Shown here piece after piece: positions 16,488 through 24,076 of a stretch of DNA of 32,000 nucleotides. The translations under genes and the position numbers were made by a program. Positions within the stretch are counted from its first letter, which is position 1. Every line of letters begins with the position of its first letter. The DNA is from an uncultured Nitrososphaerota archaeon (GTDB taxonomy: Archaea; Thermoproteota; Nitrososphaeria; Nitrososphaerales; Gagatemarchaeaceae), in assembly GCA_963718895.1 (NCBI GenBank), contig CAVRAG010000008.1, forward strand, positions 462,605-494,604, given 5' to 3'. A model generated the notes under the pieces. The model did no database searches and was not told the DNA's origin. It worked only from the letters and a program-made list of their open reading frames with translations.

Positions 16488-16954
16488 TCTGTCACTTTCG
16501 CTTGGGGTCCTTGTGCACTCTTCTTGTTAAGGGCATCAGCCTTCAGGGCAAGGGGGAAGGTTATCCTTTCCTCTTCGGCATGGTGCTTCCTGAGGTCGTT
16601 GACGAAGATCTGAATCTCTCTCCGGGCAACAGAATCAGGTAGGGTTGGCATGCTTGGTAGGGTGCTCTTGAAGAAACTAGCCAGCTCCCTGTGCCAACGC
16701 ATGATGCTGATGCTCGGCTGAGACTCCTCCTCTAGCTCCCACACTATTGTTCGCATCAGTCTTGCCTCTTCCTCGACTGCGTGCCGAAGCATGACCTCCC
16801 TGATGGAGCTTAGCAGGCTCTCGGCGACTTTCAGGTCGCCGTTCTTGCTCTCCTCGTAAATCTTGGCGAGTTTGGGTTCGATCTCCTTGTGTTCATTCTC
16901 TAGCCTCTTCACTACCTTCTCGAGAGGCTCGTCGTAGTCCAGCGTGTAGCTCAT
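16484..16954 (-). CDS. Hemerythrin-like (HHE) domain protein
   Basis: 156 aa. 'LENEHKEIEPKL', 'MLRHAVEEEARLM', 'RWHRELASFF', 'LRKHHAEEERITFPLAL'. ATGA overlap with the next hemerythrin gene. Confidence 0.7.
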   Translation of the reverse strand: MSYTLDYDEPLEKVVKRLENEHKEIEPKLAKIYEESKNGDLKVAESLLSSIREVMLRHAVEEEARLMRTIVWELEEESQPSISIMRWHRELASFFKSTLPSMPTLPDSVARREIQIFVNDLRKHHAEEERITFPLALKADALNKKSAQGPQAKVTE

Positions 16955-17264
16955 ATCGCTCCTCGACTTTTCCCGAAGGCGTGCACATAAGATGTGTGAT
17001 TACAAACGTAAACACTCACACAGGTTCTCTTGAATTATCTGGGAGATGATCAATTCTCAAGTGTCATGTCTAACCAAATCGCCACAGCAGATGCCAATGA
17101 CCTATTCATCATGAATGATTCAAATCCGTCCAACGGAAACATACTGGTCGAAGCTCACCGGTCCCACTAAGAATCAACTTGAATATTGCTCCGTTTGTCA
17201 TTTCGAGTGCTTCATAGACTAATTCTGTCAAAACTCCCCAGAACCTTCGGTGGCTCTACGTACA

Positions 17265-17792
17265 CTATCTAAGTCCGGTCACACGGGCGAAAGGCGTAAG
17301 CCTATGCAGCTTGCCGGGTTTTCCACTCGAGATATGGACGGCTCTTATTTCCCTCACCGTGAGAGCATCCGCGACGAGCGAGCGGTGGCACCTGTACGGG
17401 CTTCCCCTCTGCGCACATCATTGCCACAGCGCCATCTCTGGAGAGAGCGGATCAGCTTCTCCAATCCGGCCTTGAACTCTTCCGTCTGCAAGTAGTCTGC
17501 ATAACCCCGAAAGCCCGGGTTCCTCCACCCGGTGTTCTCGGAGTCCCTCAAAGGACGTCTGAGACCTCCGAGCTCTTTCAGGTGGATGTACCTGATTCCG
17601 GTTTCAGTGACTCTTCGAGCGCCTCAGAGTTGAACTGAGGATTGTGGCTGGAAGGGGGAATCTTCCGTATGTCAACAAGTATCGTGATTGTGCGCAAGGA
17701 GGATTCTGACGAACCTTTCGACAGATAGGGTCGAATGGCCGATTAGACAGATGGTGACTTTGCTCAAAGTAATCAACGGTTAATCCGTACAT
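17265..17792 (-). pseudogene. DUF488-family pseudogene with at least four frameshifts
   Basis: Hand translation of the minus strand recovers collinear DUF488 segments in alternating frames: 'KVTICLIGHSTLSVERFVRILLAH' / 'ITILVDIRKIPPSSHNPQFNSEALEESL' / 'ETGIRYIHLKELGGLRRPLRDSENTGWRNPGFRGYADYLQTEEFKAGLEKLI' / 'DGAVAMMCAEGKP' / 'YRCHRSLVADALTVREIRAVHISSGKPGKLHRLTPFARVTG'. The track ORFs 17354-17551 and 17604-17792 are fragments of it. Confidence 0.8.
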
Positions 17793-18030
17793 GGCAGATA
17801 TAGCACTTGAATTGAGGTCATCACTTCGTCAGGACATCCCTCGTTATGGTCAGCGCCAACCTTAACGCCGCACTTGGGACACAGTATCGTGGGGATCAGG
17901 CACTCCTTTCCTTTTCAATCTACTTCGGAACACAGCATTCGAGGAATCTGACAGGAGATCCGGCTGCAACTCGAAAACTGTTGAGTCTTGATAAAGCAGC
18001 CCAGCAAGAGTCGAACCTTAGTGTCTTGTG

Positions 18031-18957
18031 TTACGGATGAACGTAACCTGAATCTTCGAGCTGGTTGAGACGCAGGTGGAAGTACAGCAAACCTCCGTAT
18101 CCCTTCCATTCGCCAATAACCTGTTTCACTCCGTCGTAGTCTAGGTCACCCTTTAGTTTCAAGAGACGCTTTAGACCATTCCTTGCGCCAACATCGTCTC
18201 CGGGGAAGATGTTCGTCCGGCCAAGCCCTCGGAGAAGTACGTACTCGGAGGACCAACGACCTATCCCCGGAATCTCGTCAAGATATGACAGCGCTCGGTC
18301 TTCGCTCACTTGTCCGAGACCATCCAGGTCCAAGGCTCCGCTGACAACCCTCTGAGAGAGTTCAATCAGAGCGCGCGATTTTCTGGAGCTAAACCCGAGT
18401 TGTCTGAGTTCACTCTCTCGAAGGTTCGACAGGTCGCCAGGCCTCGGGAATGCATAGTGCAACGTCTCCGTCTGCTCGATTCTTCCCCCGTACCGCTGGG
18501 ACAACCTGTTTAGCAGCTGCAGGCCGGCACTCATCGAGAGTTGTTGACATGCGACAGCGTTCACCAGCGCCTCAAAGACCGAAGGGAATCGCGGGGGCTT
18601 CACTCCTCTGAACCTCCTGACCAAATCCCCCAACTCACCATCTTCCTTTCTTGCGCGGTCATAGAACGCGCCCAAGTCCACTCGGGTGCCCAGCATGCCC
18701 TCAATCACTGTTCTGACCTCAGCCGGAGACACGCGGTGGGGTGCAGTTGCGCTGACCATCAGCCGAGGCGTCTCAAACGAGCCGCGCTGGATTACCACGA
18801 CGTCCACAGGCGCGCCGTCAAGCATTAACACGCGAGCATACACGCCGTCGTCAAGTCGGTCGACGATGTTGGTTGGTCGGCGACGCAGCGCCCAAGCCGT
18901 GAGGTCCAGCCTGAAGGGTGGCAGCGGCTTCACCTGAAACGTTACTGTATCCAACAT
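18031..18957 (-). CDS. alkA: DNA-3-methyladenine glycosylase II (AlkA-like, HhH-GPD superfamily)
   Basis: 308 aa. AlkA-type N-terminal domain, 'FPSVFEALVNAVACQQLSMSAGLQLLNRL', the HhH 'LDEIPGIGRWSSEYVLLRGLGR', and the catalytic Asp context 'FPGDDVGARNGL'. Confidence 0.88.
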   Translation of the reverse strand: MLDTVTFQVKPLPPFRLDLTAWALRRRPTNIVDRLDDGVYARVLMLDGAPVDVVVIQRGSFETPRLMVSATAPHRVSPAEVRTVIEGMLGTRVDLGAFYDRARKEDGELGDLVRRFRGVKPPRFPSVFEALVNAVACQQLSMSAGLQLLNRLSQRYGGRIEQTETLHYAFPRPGDLSNLRESELRQLGFSSRKSRALIELSQRVVSGALDLDGLGQVSEDRALSYLDEIPGIGRWSSEYVLLRGLGRTNIFPGDDVGARNGLKRLLKLKGDLDYDGVKQVIGEWKGYGGLLYFHLRLNQLEDSGYVHP

Positions 18958-19056
18958 TCGAGAGTTGCCAGGAACGAAGTCCCCCTTACATGGCTATCGG
19001 ACAGTTGATTCGTTTCAGTATCCCCAAATATGATTTGTTGAATTGAGGTACGCAAG

Positions 19057-19287
19057 ATGCCAAAGAAGTTCAAGCGCGGCGATCACGTTGAATGGAACTC
19101 AGAAGCTGGGAGGGTTCGCGGCGTAATCATAAGGAAGATCACTTCTGATGTACGGGTCGAAGGGTATGTACATCATGCCTCCGAAGACGAACCACAGTAC
19201 TTCATCAAGAGCGACACGACCGAGCACGTGGCAATTCACAAAGGCGAGACGCTAAAACTTCTAAAGGCAACGAAGAAGAATCACTGA
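19057..19287 (+). CDS. DUF2945 (HVA-Tudor-like) small protein
   Basis: 76 aa. 'FKRGDHVEWNSEAGRVRGVI...HASEDEPQYFIKSDTTEHVAIHKGETL' fits the DUF2945 pattern (G.D.V.W...G...G.V ... AS.d.P.Y.v.s...g..a.hk...L). Confidence 0.6.
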   Translation: MPKKFKRGDHVEWNSEAGRVRGVIIRKITSDVRVEGYVHHASEDEPQYFIKSDTTEHVAIHKGETLKLLKATKKNH

Positions 19288-19489
19288 CAGAGTGAAAGGG
19301 GATTACGCGAAGGGGACAAAGGTGGAAGTATGGTTGCCAAAAGCATCTTGATCGTTCGACAGGTCTACCCACCAGTTCCGCTCCTTGGACAAATTCGACC
19401 AGAGATTCTTCAGGAAAACAAATCGGATAGGACGGAACACCTGTCTTTCAAATGACCAACGCGAGATAGGCAAGCAGGACAGCGAGAGC

Positions 19490-19730
19490 ATAGCGATTGT
19501 GGATGATGAGGAGTAGCTGTGCTCGTTGTTTGCAATACTGGTTAGGAGTAGGGGATATCATTCGGAGTGTGTGCCACTGACTGGGATGAGATTGTTCAGC
19601 TTGAGCTGGAAGATACCACCCATCCGGACCTGATACTTATGGACCACCGCATGCCTACGATGAACGGCATGCAGGCAGCTGAGAGGATTCTGCGCGTCAG
19701 GCCTGAGATGAAGATAGTCATCGCCACGGG
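19490..19730 (+). pseudogene. CheY-like receiver domain remnant (in-frame TAG, frameshift, truncated C-terminus)
   Basis: 'IAIVDDEE*LCSLFAILVRSRGYHSEC' (TAG at 19514-19516) continues after a frame change at the GTGTGTG run (19567-19573) as 'ATDWDEIVQLELEDTTHPDLILMDHRMPTMNGMQAAERILRVRPEMKIVIATG'. Receiver similarity then stops. No ATG start upstream. Confidence 0.7.
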
Positions 19731-20003
19731 GACGGGACGGTCAGGCCTTATTCGTGTGGCTTCCTTAGGTCTTCGACCGCCTGCATCAGTTCTTTCCGCC
19801 CATGTTCCTGGGGGTTTTCTCCCATTTACCAGCTGGCATCGGACTCAGGGGAGGCGGGCCCGACGGGAACCGCCCGGTTTACTTTCTGATCTGGAATTGA
19901 ATTGTAACTCTTGATGGGGCCAGTGAGCTTCGACCAATACACCTTCGATCGATGGATTTGAGTGAACTCGGCAATCGGCATCCGAGCCTTAGAGACCAAC
20001 TAT

Positions 20004-20372
20004 TCAGGGTACGAATTCCACGCCGGGCAATTCCTTGAATGCCTCATCCCCTGTGAGGAATTTCAGACCTTCTTTCTTAGAAATGTAATACCCCAATGCA
20101 TCAGCGTAGGACAACTCAAGATTTTTCAGTTCATGTCGCAGCTTCATGGCAGCTTCAATGTCGGAAAACGAAAAGTCGATTTCGTATACCGAATAGGCTT
20201 CTACGACTTCGTGAGCCGCGCTCTCTCCATGGGTCCTCAAAATGGCGTAACATATCTCCATCAAGTTCAATCTGGTGAGGACGCCTGTGTTCTTCTCGAA
20301 GTAGCCGGCATATCCGCGTCTGTCGCTTAGATAGGCGAGTACGCTGTAGCTGTCGTAGAAGTACCTAGCCAC
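20004..20372 (-). CDS. vapC: PIN-domain ribonuclease toxin VapC
   Basis: 122 aa. Acidic PIN residues in context: 'YFYDSY' (N-terminal Asp), 'NLMEI', 'LSYADALGY', 'FLTGDEAF'. Overlaps the upstream antitoxin gene by 8 nt. Confidence 0.85.
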   Translation of the reverse strand: MARYFYDSYSVLAYLSDRRGYAGYFEKNTGVLTRLNLMEICYAILRTHGESAAHEVVEAYSVYEIDFSFSDIEAAMKLRHELKNLELSYADALGYYISKKEGLKFLTGDEAFKELPGVEFVP

Positions 20373-20601
20373 GCCAACCCTTCCTCATCTCTTCCTTGGC
20401 GGCTTGAAGATTCTCGACTGGGTATTTCCCCTTGAGCTCCGTAACATCACTCAGCTTTGTAAGCCGTAACTCAACCTCCTCTCCCACGTGCAACCCGTTT
20501 TTTTCCGCAGCCTCCTTCGGGATGACTACTCCGAGCGAGTTTCCCCACTTCTTGAGCCGAGCTTTTGCCTGCACGACCATAGTTATACATGTATAATTCA
20601 A
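20365..20601 (-). CDS. vapB: AbrB/SpoVT-type antitoxin VapB
   Basis: 'AKARLKKWGNSLGVVIPKEAAEKNGLHVGEEVELRL' is a SpoVT-AbrB swapped-hairpin motif. An alternative start is ATG 20580 (MVVQAK...). The palindrome TTATACATGTATAA (20583-20596) overlaps the 5' end and is a plausible autoregulatory site. Confidence 0.85.
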   Translation of the reverse strand: MNYTCITMVVQAKARLKKWGNSLGVVIPKEAAEKNGLHVGEEVELRLTKLSDVTELKGKYPVENLQAAKEEMRKGWRG

Positions 20602-20635
20602 CTAGTTAAGGTTTCCGATGTAAGTGCTCTTAATC

Positions 20636-20659
20636 GGTGGGGCCGGCGGGATTTGAACA
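20636..20659 (-). other. tRNA 3'-end-like fragment (T-loop + acceptor 3' strand + discriminator A + CC)
   Basis: The minus strand reads TGTTCAAATCCCGCCGGCCCCACC, that is G53-TTCAAAT-CCCGC-CGGCCCC-A-CC. No matching 5' T-stem or cloverleaf could be folded from the flanks. A partly complementary GGGGCTC lies about 105 nt upstream in sense. Confidence 0.25.
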
Positions 20660-20787
20660 TTCAATCGCCCCAAGATAACTGGACTTTCGCGGATGCGCGG
20701 GTCTCAACTGCGAGGGAATCTTTCGGGATGGCTTGTCGAGCCCCGGAAGGAAAAGGGAAGGGCGAGAAGATCGCCGTGCTGGGGTGG

Positions 20788-20889
20788 CTACTTCCCCAGT
20801 ATCTTGAAGAGCTTGGCGCCGCACGAGGGGCACGTCCCCTGCATGACCCTCCGGCCGTTCTTAAGCCGCACTTCCGGGGGCGAGATCAT
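20788..20889 (-). CDS. Small DUF5679-like zinc-ribbon peptide (33 aa), possibly the 3' part of a frameshifted 48-codon gene
   Basis: Minus-strand hand translation gives MISPPEVRLKNGRRVMQGTCPSCGAKLFKILGK*. The 'KNGR...G.CP.CG.K.FKI' pattern matches my recollection of DUF5679. An upstream ATG (20932) opens 'MTEAFCAKERTKRE' one frame off, which suggests a 1-nt insertion near 20890. Confidence 0.4.
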   Translation of the reverse strand: MISPPEVRLKNGRRVMQGTCPSCGAKLFKILGK

Positions 20890-21089
20890 TCTCCCTCTTT
20901 GTCCTCTCCTTCGCGCAGAATGCTTCGGTCATGCGCCAGAGGTCTTCCATGATGAATAGACGTCAGTGGGGCGAACTGATTCCACTCATGCCTCACCACG
21001 GATTGGCTGAGTGAGAGGAGGGGGACCAAGAGGGGGGAGTGAACGACGAACCACTCGCAACAAACGGATAAAGCGAAGCCGACAGGCGC

Positions 21090-22970
21090 ATGCGTGAGCC
21101 AATGTCAGCTACAGGTCTGTCGCCATCAGGGGCAACGATGGAGCGTGGCGATTTACTCGAGCTTGCTGCTCGCCTCGGAATCAACCTCCAGACCCTCTCC
21201 GAAGAGAAGGTCCGGGATCTGCTGGGGAGAGTCAGGGTTGCCGATATCGACGGCTTCGCCGAGATAGCTGCGACAGAGAAGAAGAAGGCGTACCTGCTCA
21301 TCCGCGCTTATGCCGAAAAGGCATCGGGTGTCCAGGAGAGGAAGGCTCTCAGGACGCCGGACGCGAGAAAACTCGCCCGGGACATACTCTCGCTCTTTTC
21401 GGAGCACACCTCGTCCAAGCTTGCCAGGAACAGATTCTCACTCCGTACACCGGCCCTTGACAGGGAGACGATCCAGGGCAGGCTGAGTGCATGCCTGACG
21501 GGAATGGATATCCTGAGGGAACTGAGGCAGCGAGGAAAGCGAGATGAGCTGGGGAAGGTGCTCGCGGAGGTTTCCTTTGACGTTCCCTCTGGAAAGAAAC
21601 CGTCTTCGAGGACGGAGTCTGACACCTTGGATTACTTCATGTCACGGAGGCGCATGATCAAGGCGGCTCATTCGATTCTTGCAAACTTCGATGAGGTTCG
21701 GACGCTGAGCTCGTTCTTCAAGAACACGGATAGGAAGGTTCTGGAGAACGTGATGAAGACGCTTGAGGAACGTGACAGCGAGGAGGTTCAGGATGCGGAT
21801 GGAGTCCTCTCCGACGCGGAGATTCTGATCAACGAGAAGTTCCGGAAGGGAGGGGTTGACGAGGAGAGGGCGAGAAGGATAGTCGAAGAGCAGCTCGAGG
21901 AGGTAGTCAGTACGCTCAGGATGAATTCGGAGGAGGAGAACGAGGTCAGAAGGGCGGCGCTGGAGGGGCTGTCGATTCCCTTCGAGTTCGAGAGGATCGG
22001 GAGGCGAAGGGTCATCGAGGAATGGGAGGGAAGGCAGGAGAAGGAGAGAGCAGCCAAGCTGGCCAGGACAGAGTCGCTTCTGAAGCAGCACTGGGCCGCG
22101 GTGGATGATGCTGTTGAGAGGGCAATCTCTCTAGACCAGTTGCTGGCGATAGCGTCACTGATGGAAGAGTACGGCCTCACGATCCCCACGATTGGGAGCG
22201 AGGGCATAGCCTTCGTAAACGGCCGCGGCCTCTTCCTGATGAAGGACCGGCTGGAAGGCGGAAGCGGGGCGGTCGTCCAGCCCGTCAGCTACGCGCTTGG
22301 CAGGACGAGGTCGACGAAGGTGGTGGTAGCGGCCAAGCCCAGGAACGTCGTCATGCTAACGGGAGCGAACAGCGGTGGGAAGACTACCCTTCTCACGACC
22401 CTCGCCTCGATTCACATCCTCACGCTCCTCGGCCTGCCGGTTCCCTGCGAAAGGGCCGAGGTCGTCCCAGTTCCCATCTATCTGTTCAGGAGGAGGGTGA
22501 CGCGGAAGATAGGGAGCCTCGAGCAGGCCCTGAGCTCGCTCATCCCTATCTTCGCCGACAGGCACCGAAAGCTCGTGCTCATGGACGAGTTCGAGGCCCT
22601 GACCGAGCCCGGAGCTGCCGGCAGGATCCTGGCGGGGATAATCAACGCGGTGGCGACGGGCAGCAGCCTCCTTCTTCTCGTGACGCACCTTGCCCGGGAG
22701 ACTCTTCCTCATGTGAGGCTTCCCATCAGGGTCGACGGGATAGAGGCGGAGGGCCTTGACAAAGACGGAGAGCTCATCGTCGACAGGCAGCCAAAGTTCA
22801 ACCACATCGGGTCGAGCACGCCGAAGCTGATCATCATGAAGCTCTCGAAGAGTGCGAAGACGGGTGACAAGGCGCTGTATGGCGATATTCTGAACTCGCT
22901 TGAGGGTGAGTCGAGCATGCCGGTGCAAACGCCGTTGAACTTGCCTTGGCTCTCCAAAGAGGACGCTTAG
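21090..22970 (+). CDS. MutS-domain-V ATPase paralog (archaeal MutS2/MutS5-like; no mismatch-binding or Smr domain seen)
   Basis: 626 aa. The C-terminal ABC-type ATPase has Walker A 'LTGANSGGKTTLL', 'SLEQALSS', Walker B 'LVLMDEFEALTEPGAAG' and 'LLLLVTHL'. The N-terminal ~400 aa are charged and helical. An alternative start is ATG 21138 (MERGDLLELA...). Confidence 0.85.
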   Translation: MREPMSATGLSPSGATMERGDLLELAARLGINLQTLSEEKVRDLLGRVRVADIDGFAEIAATEKKKAYLLIRAYAEKASGVQERKALRTPDARKLARDILSLFSEHTSSKLARNRFSLRTPALDRETIQGRLSACLTGMDILRELRQRGKRDELGKVLAEVSFDVPSGKKPSSRTESDTLDYFMSRRRMIKAAHSILANFDEVRTLSSFFKNTDRKVLENVMKTLEERDSEEVQDADGVLSDAEILINEKFRKGGVDEERARRIVEEQLEEVVSTLRMNSEEENEVRRAALEGLSIPFEFERIGRRRVIEEWEGRQEKERAAKLARTESLLKQHWAAVDDAVERAISLDQLLAIASLMEEYGLTIPTIGSEGIAFVNGRGLFLMKDRLEGGSGAVVQPVSYALGRTRSTKVVVAAKPRNVVMLTGANSGGKTTLLTTLASIHILTLLGLPVPCERAEVVPVPIYLFRRRVTRKIGSLEQALSSLIPIFADRHRKLVLMDEFEALTEPGAAGRILAGIINAVATGSSLLLLVTHLARETLPHVRLPIRVDGIEAEGLDKDGELIVDRQPKFNHIGSSTPKLIIMKLSKSAKTGDKALYGDILNSLEGESSMPVQTPLNLPWLSKEDA

Positions 22971-23148
22971 AAATGGGAGTTCTGACTGCTCCAGCTTCAG
23001 GCGGCGGTAGTTCAGCAGATTGATGGCACTGGTTGACCATACGCGAATTCTCTTGCCTTCCTTACGAATTCGCCTATCTCCTTGTTCCTGCCATTCTCGT
23101 AGTCGCGCGGTCGCAACCACGACGCAGCTGTTCTAGGTCGCGCCCGCC

Positions 23149-23337
23149 TTACTTCGGATGGCCGTACTTGTGCGGGTCCTTGTCGAAGGCTGTCTTGCAG
23201 CTCGCCGAGCAGAAGTAGAAGGTCTTGCCCTCGTGCTCCGACTTCAGCTTCGTCTTCTTCTCGTCCACCGTCATTCCACACACAGGGTCTTTCATCATTG
23301 TTTTCTCAACGGAGTGTAGGATTCCTTCCTTTATCAA
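23149..23337 (-). CDS. YHS/TRASH-domain small copper-binding protein (metallochaperone-like)
   Basis: 'KDPVCGMTVDEKKTKLKSEHEGKTFYFCSASCKTAFDKDPHKY' is the YHS/TRASH pattern. The likely true start is one of the internal Met codons (MMKDP...). Divergent from the Lrp-TRASH regulator. Confidence 0.85.
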   Translation of the reverse strand: MIKEGILHSVEKTMMKDPVCGMTVDEKKTKLKSEHEGKTFYFCSASCKTAFDKDPHKYGHPK

Positions 23338-23352
23338 AACTCCTCTTTACGA

Positions 23353-24018
23353 ATGTCAAGCTTTTTATTCCTGCGGTCTCTCGTACATCACCTGAAACCC
23401 GACGCTATCGATACCAGGATACTCGAGGTTCTGATGGATGACGGGCGAGCCTCGTTCAGGCAGATAGCTCAGAGGACCTCCCTCACCACCCCGACAGTCT
23501 CGTCCCGAGTCGCAAGAATGACTAGGGCCGGTCTAATCAAGAAATTCATCCCCTTACTCTCGGGAGATTCGGTCAACCGCGGGGTCACGACCCTGTTGAC
23601 GCTGAAGGTAGGTTCCGCTTCGGTTCAGAGGCTCGCCGAGGACCTGGCGAAGATACGAGAGGTGGAGGCTGTCTACATGACGACGGGACAAAGCATCACG
23701 CTGAAGGTTACCCTGGACAGCGTCCAGAGTCTGCAGTCCTTCCTAGCTCAGAACGTCTTGAAGAAGCGGGGCGTCGAGGTGACATCGAGCCAGATAATCA
23801 CGAGCACGGTGAAGGAAGAGCCTCCTTCTTTCCTTCCGAGCACGCTTGTCATGAACCTGAAGTGCGACTACTGCGGAGGAGACGTGACGAGCAGCCGCCC
23901 CTACACCATCTCGGTGGGCCCCTCACACTACTACTTCTGCTGCAAGACATGCAGGAAGGACTATCTCGGGGAGCACAGTAAGAGGCTTGCGAAGATTACA
24001 CGCAAGCTCGAGTCATGA
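23353..24018 (+). CDS. copR: Copper-responsive regulator: Lrp/AsnC-type HTH plus C-terminal TRASH metal-binding domain (Sulfolobus CopR/CopT type)
   Basis: 221 aa. 'IDTRILEVLMDDGRASFRQIAQRTSLTTPTVSSRVARMTRAGLIKKF' (HTH_AsnC), a RAM-like middle region, and the C-terminal 'CDYCGGDVTSSRPYTISVGPSHYYFCCKTCRKDY' (TRASH). A TATA-like 'ctttatca' lies about 22 nt upstream of the ATG. Confidence 0.85.
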   Translation: MSSFLFLRSLVHHLKPDAIDTRILEVLMDDGRASFRQIAQRTSLTTPTVSSRVARMTRAGLIKKFIPLLSGDSVNRGVTTLLTLKVGSASVQRLAEDLAKIREVEAVYMTTGQSITLKVTLDSVQSLQSFLAQNVLKKRGVEVTSSQIITSTVKEEPPSFLPSTLVMNLKCDYCGGDVTSSRPYTISVGPSHYYFCCKTCRKDYLGEHSKRLAKITRKLES

Positions 24019-24076
24019 TGGGCTTAACGTTCGTAAAGACGCGGGTTTAAGACAGCGGATCCGGTCGTGAAGTTTC

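Noticed and set aside
16984-17021. Short inverted repeats upstream of the hemerythrin operon (CACAT-aag-ATGTG; GTGTGA-16nt-TCACAC)
   Set aside because: The arms are only 5-6 bp in an AT-rich promoter where a TATA-like element is expected. Chance occurrence is high and no second copy exists elsewhere in the window, unlike the Nramp palindromes.
19303-19491. 62-aa minus-strand ORF between DUF2945 and the receiver remnant
   Set aside because: No motif, Trp/Phe/Ser-rich odd composition, and it overlaps the open upstream frame of the receiver remnant. Likely spurious.
19514-19516. In-frame TAG in the receiver domain as a possible pyrrolysine codon
   Set aside because: TAG is used as an ordinary stop for well-supported genes in this window (mntH at 753-755, cupredoxin at 5087-5089). 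The same gene also has a frameshift and truncation, so decay is the simpler explanation.
22356-23120. 254-aa minus-strand ORF overlapping the 3' end of the MutS-like gene, plus 22709-22957, 22834-23040 and 23012-23281
   Set aside because: It is antisense to a well-supported gene, Arg-rich and has no recognisable domain. Only the YHS ORF (23149-23337) in this stretch has real motif support.
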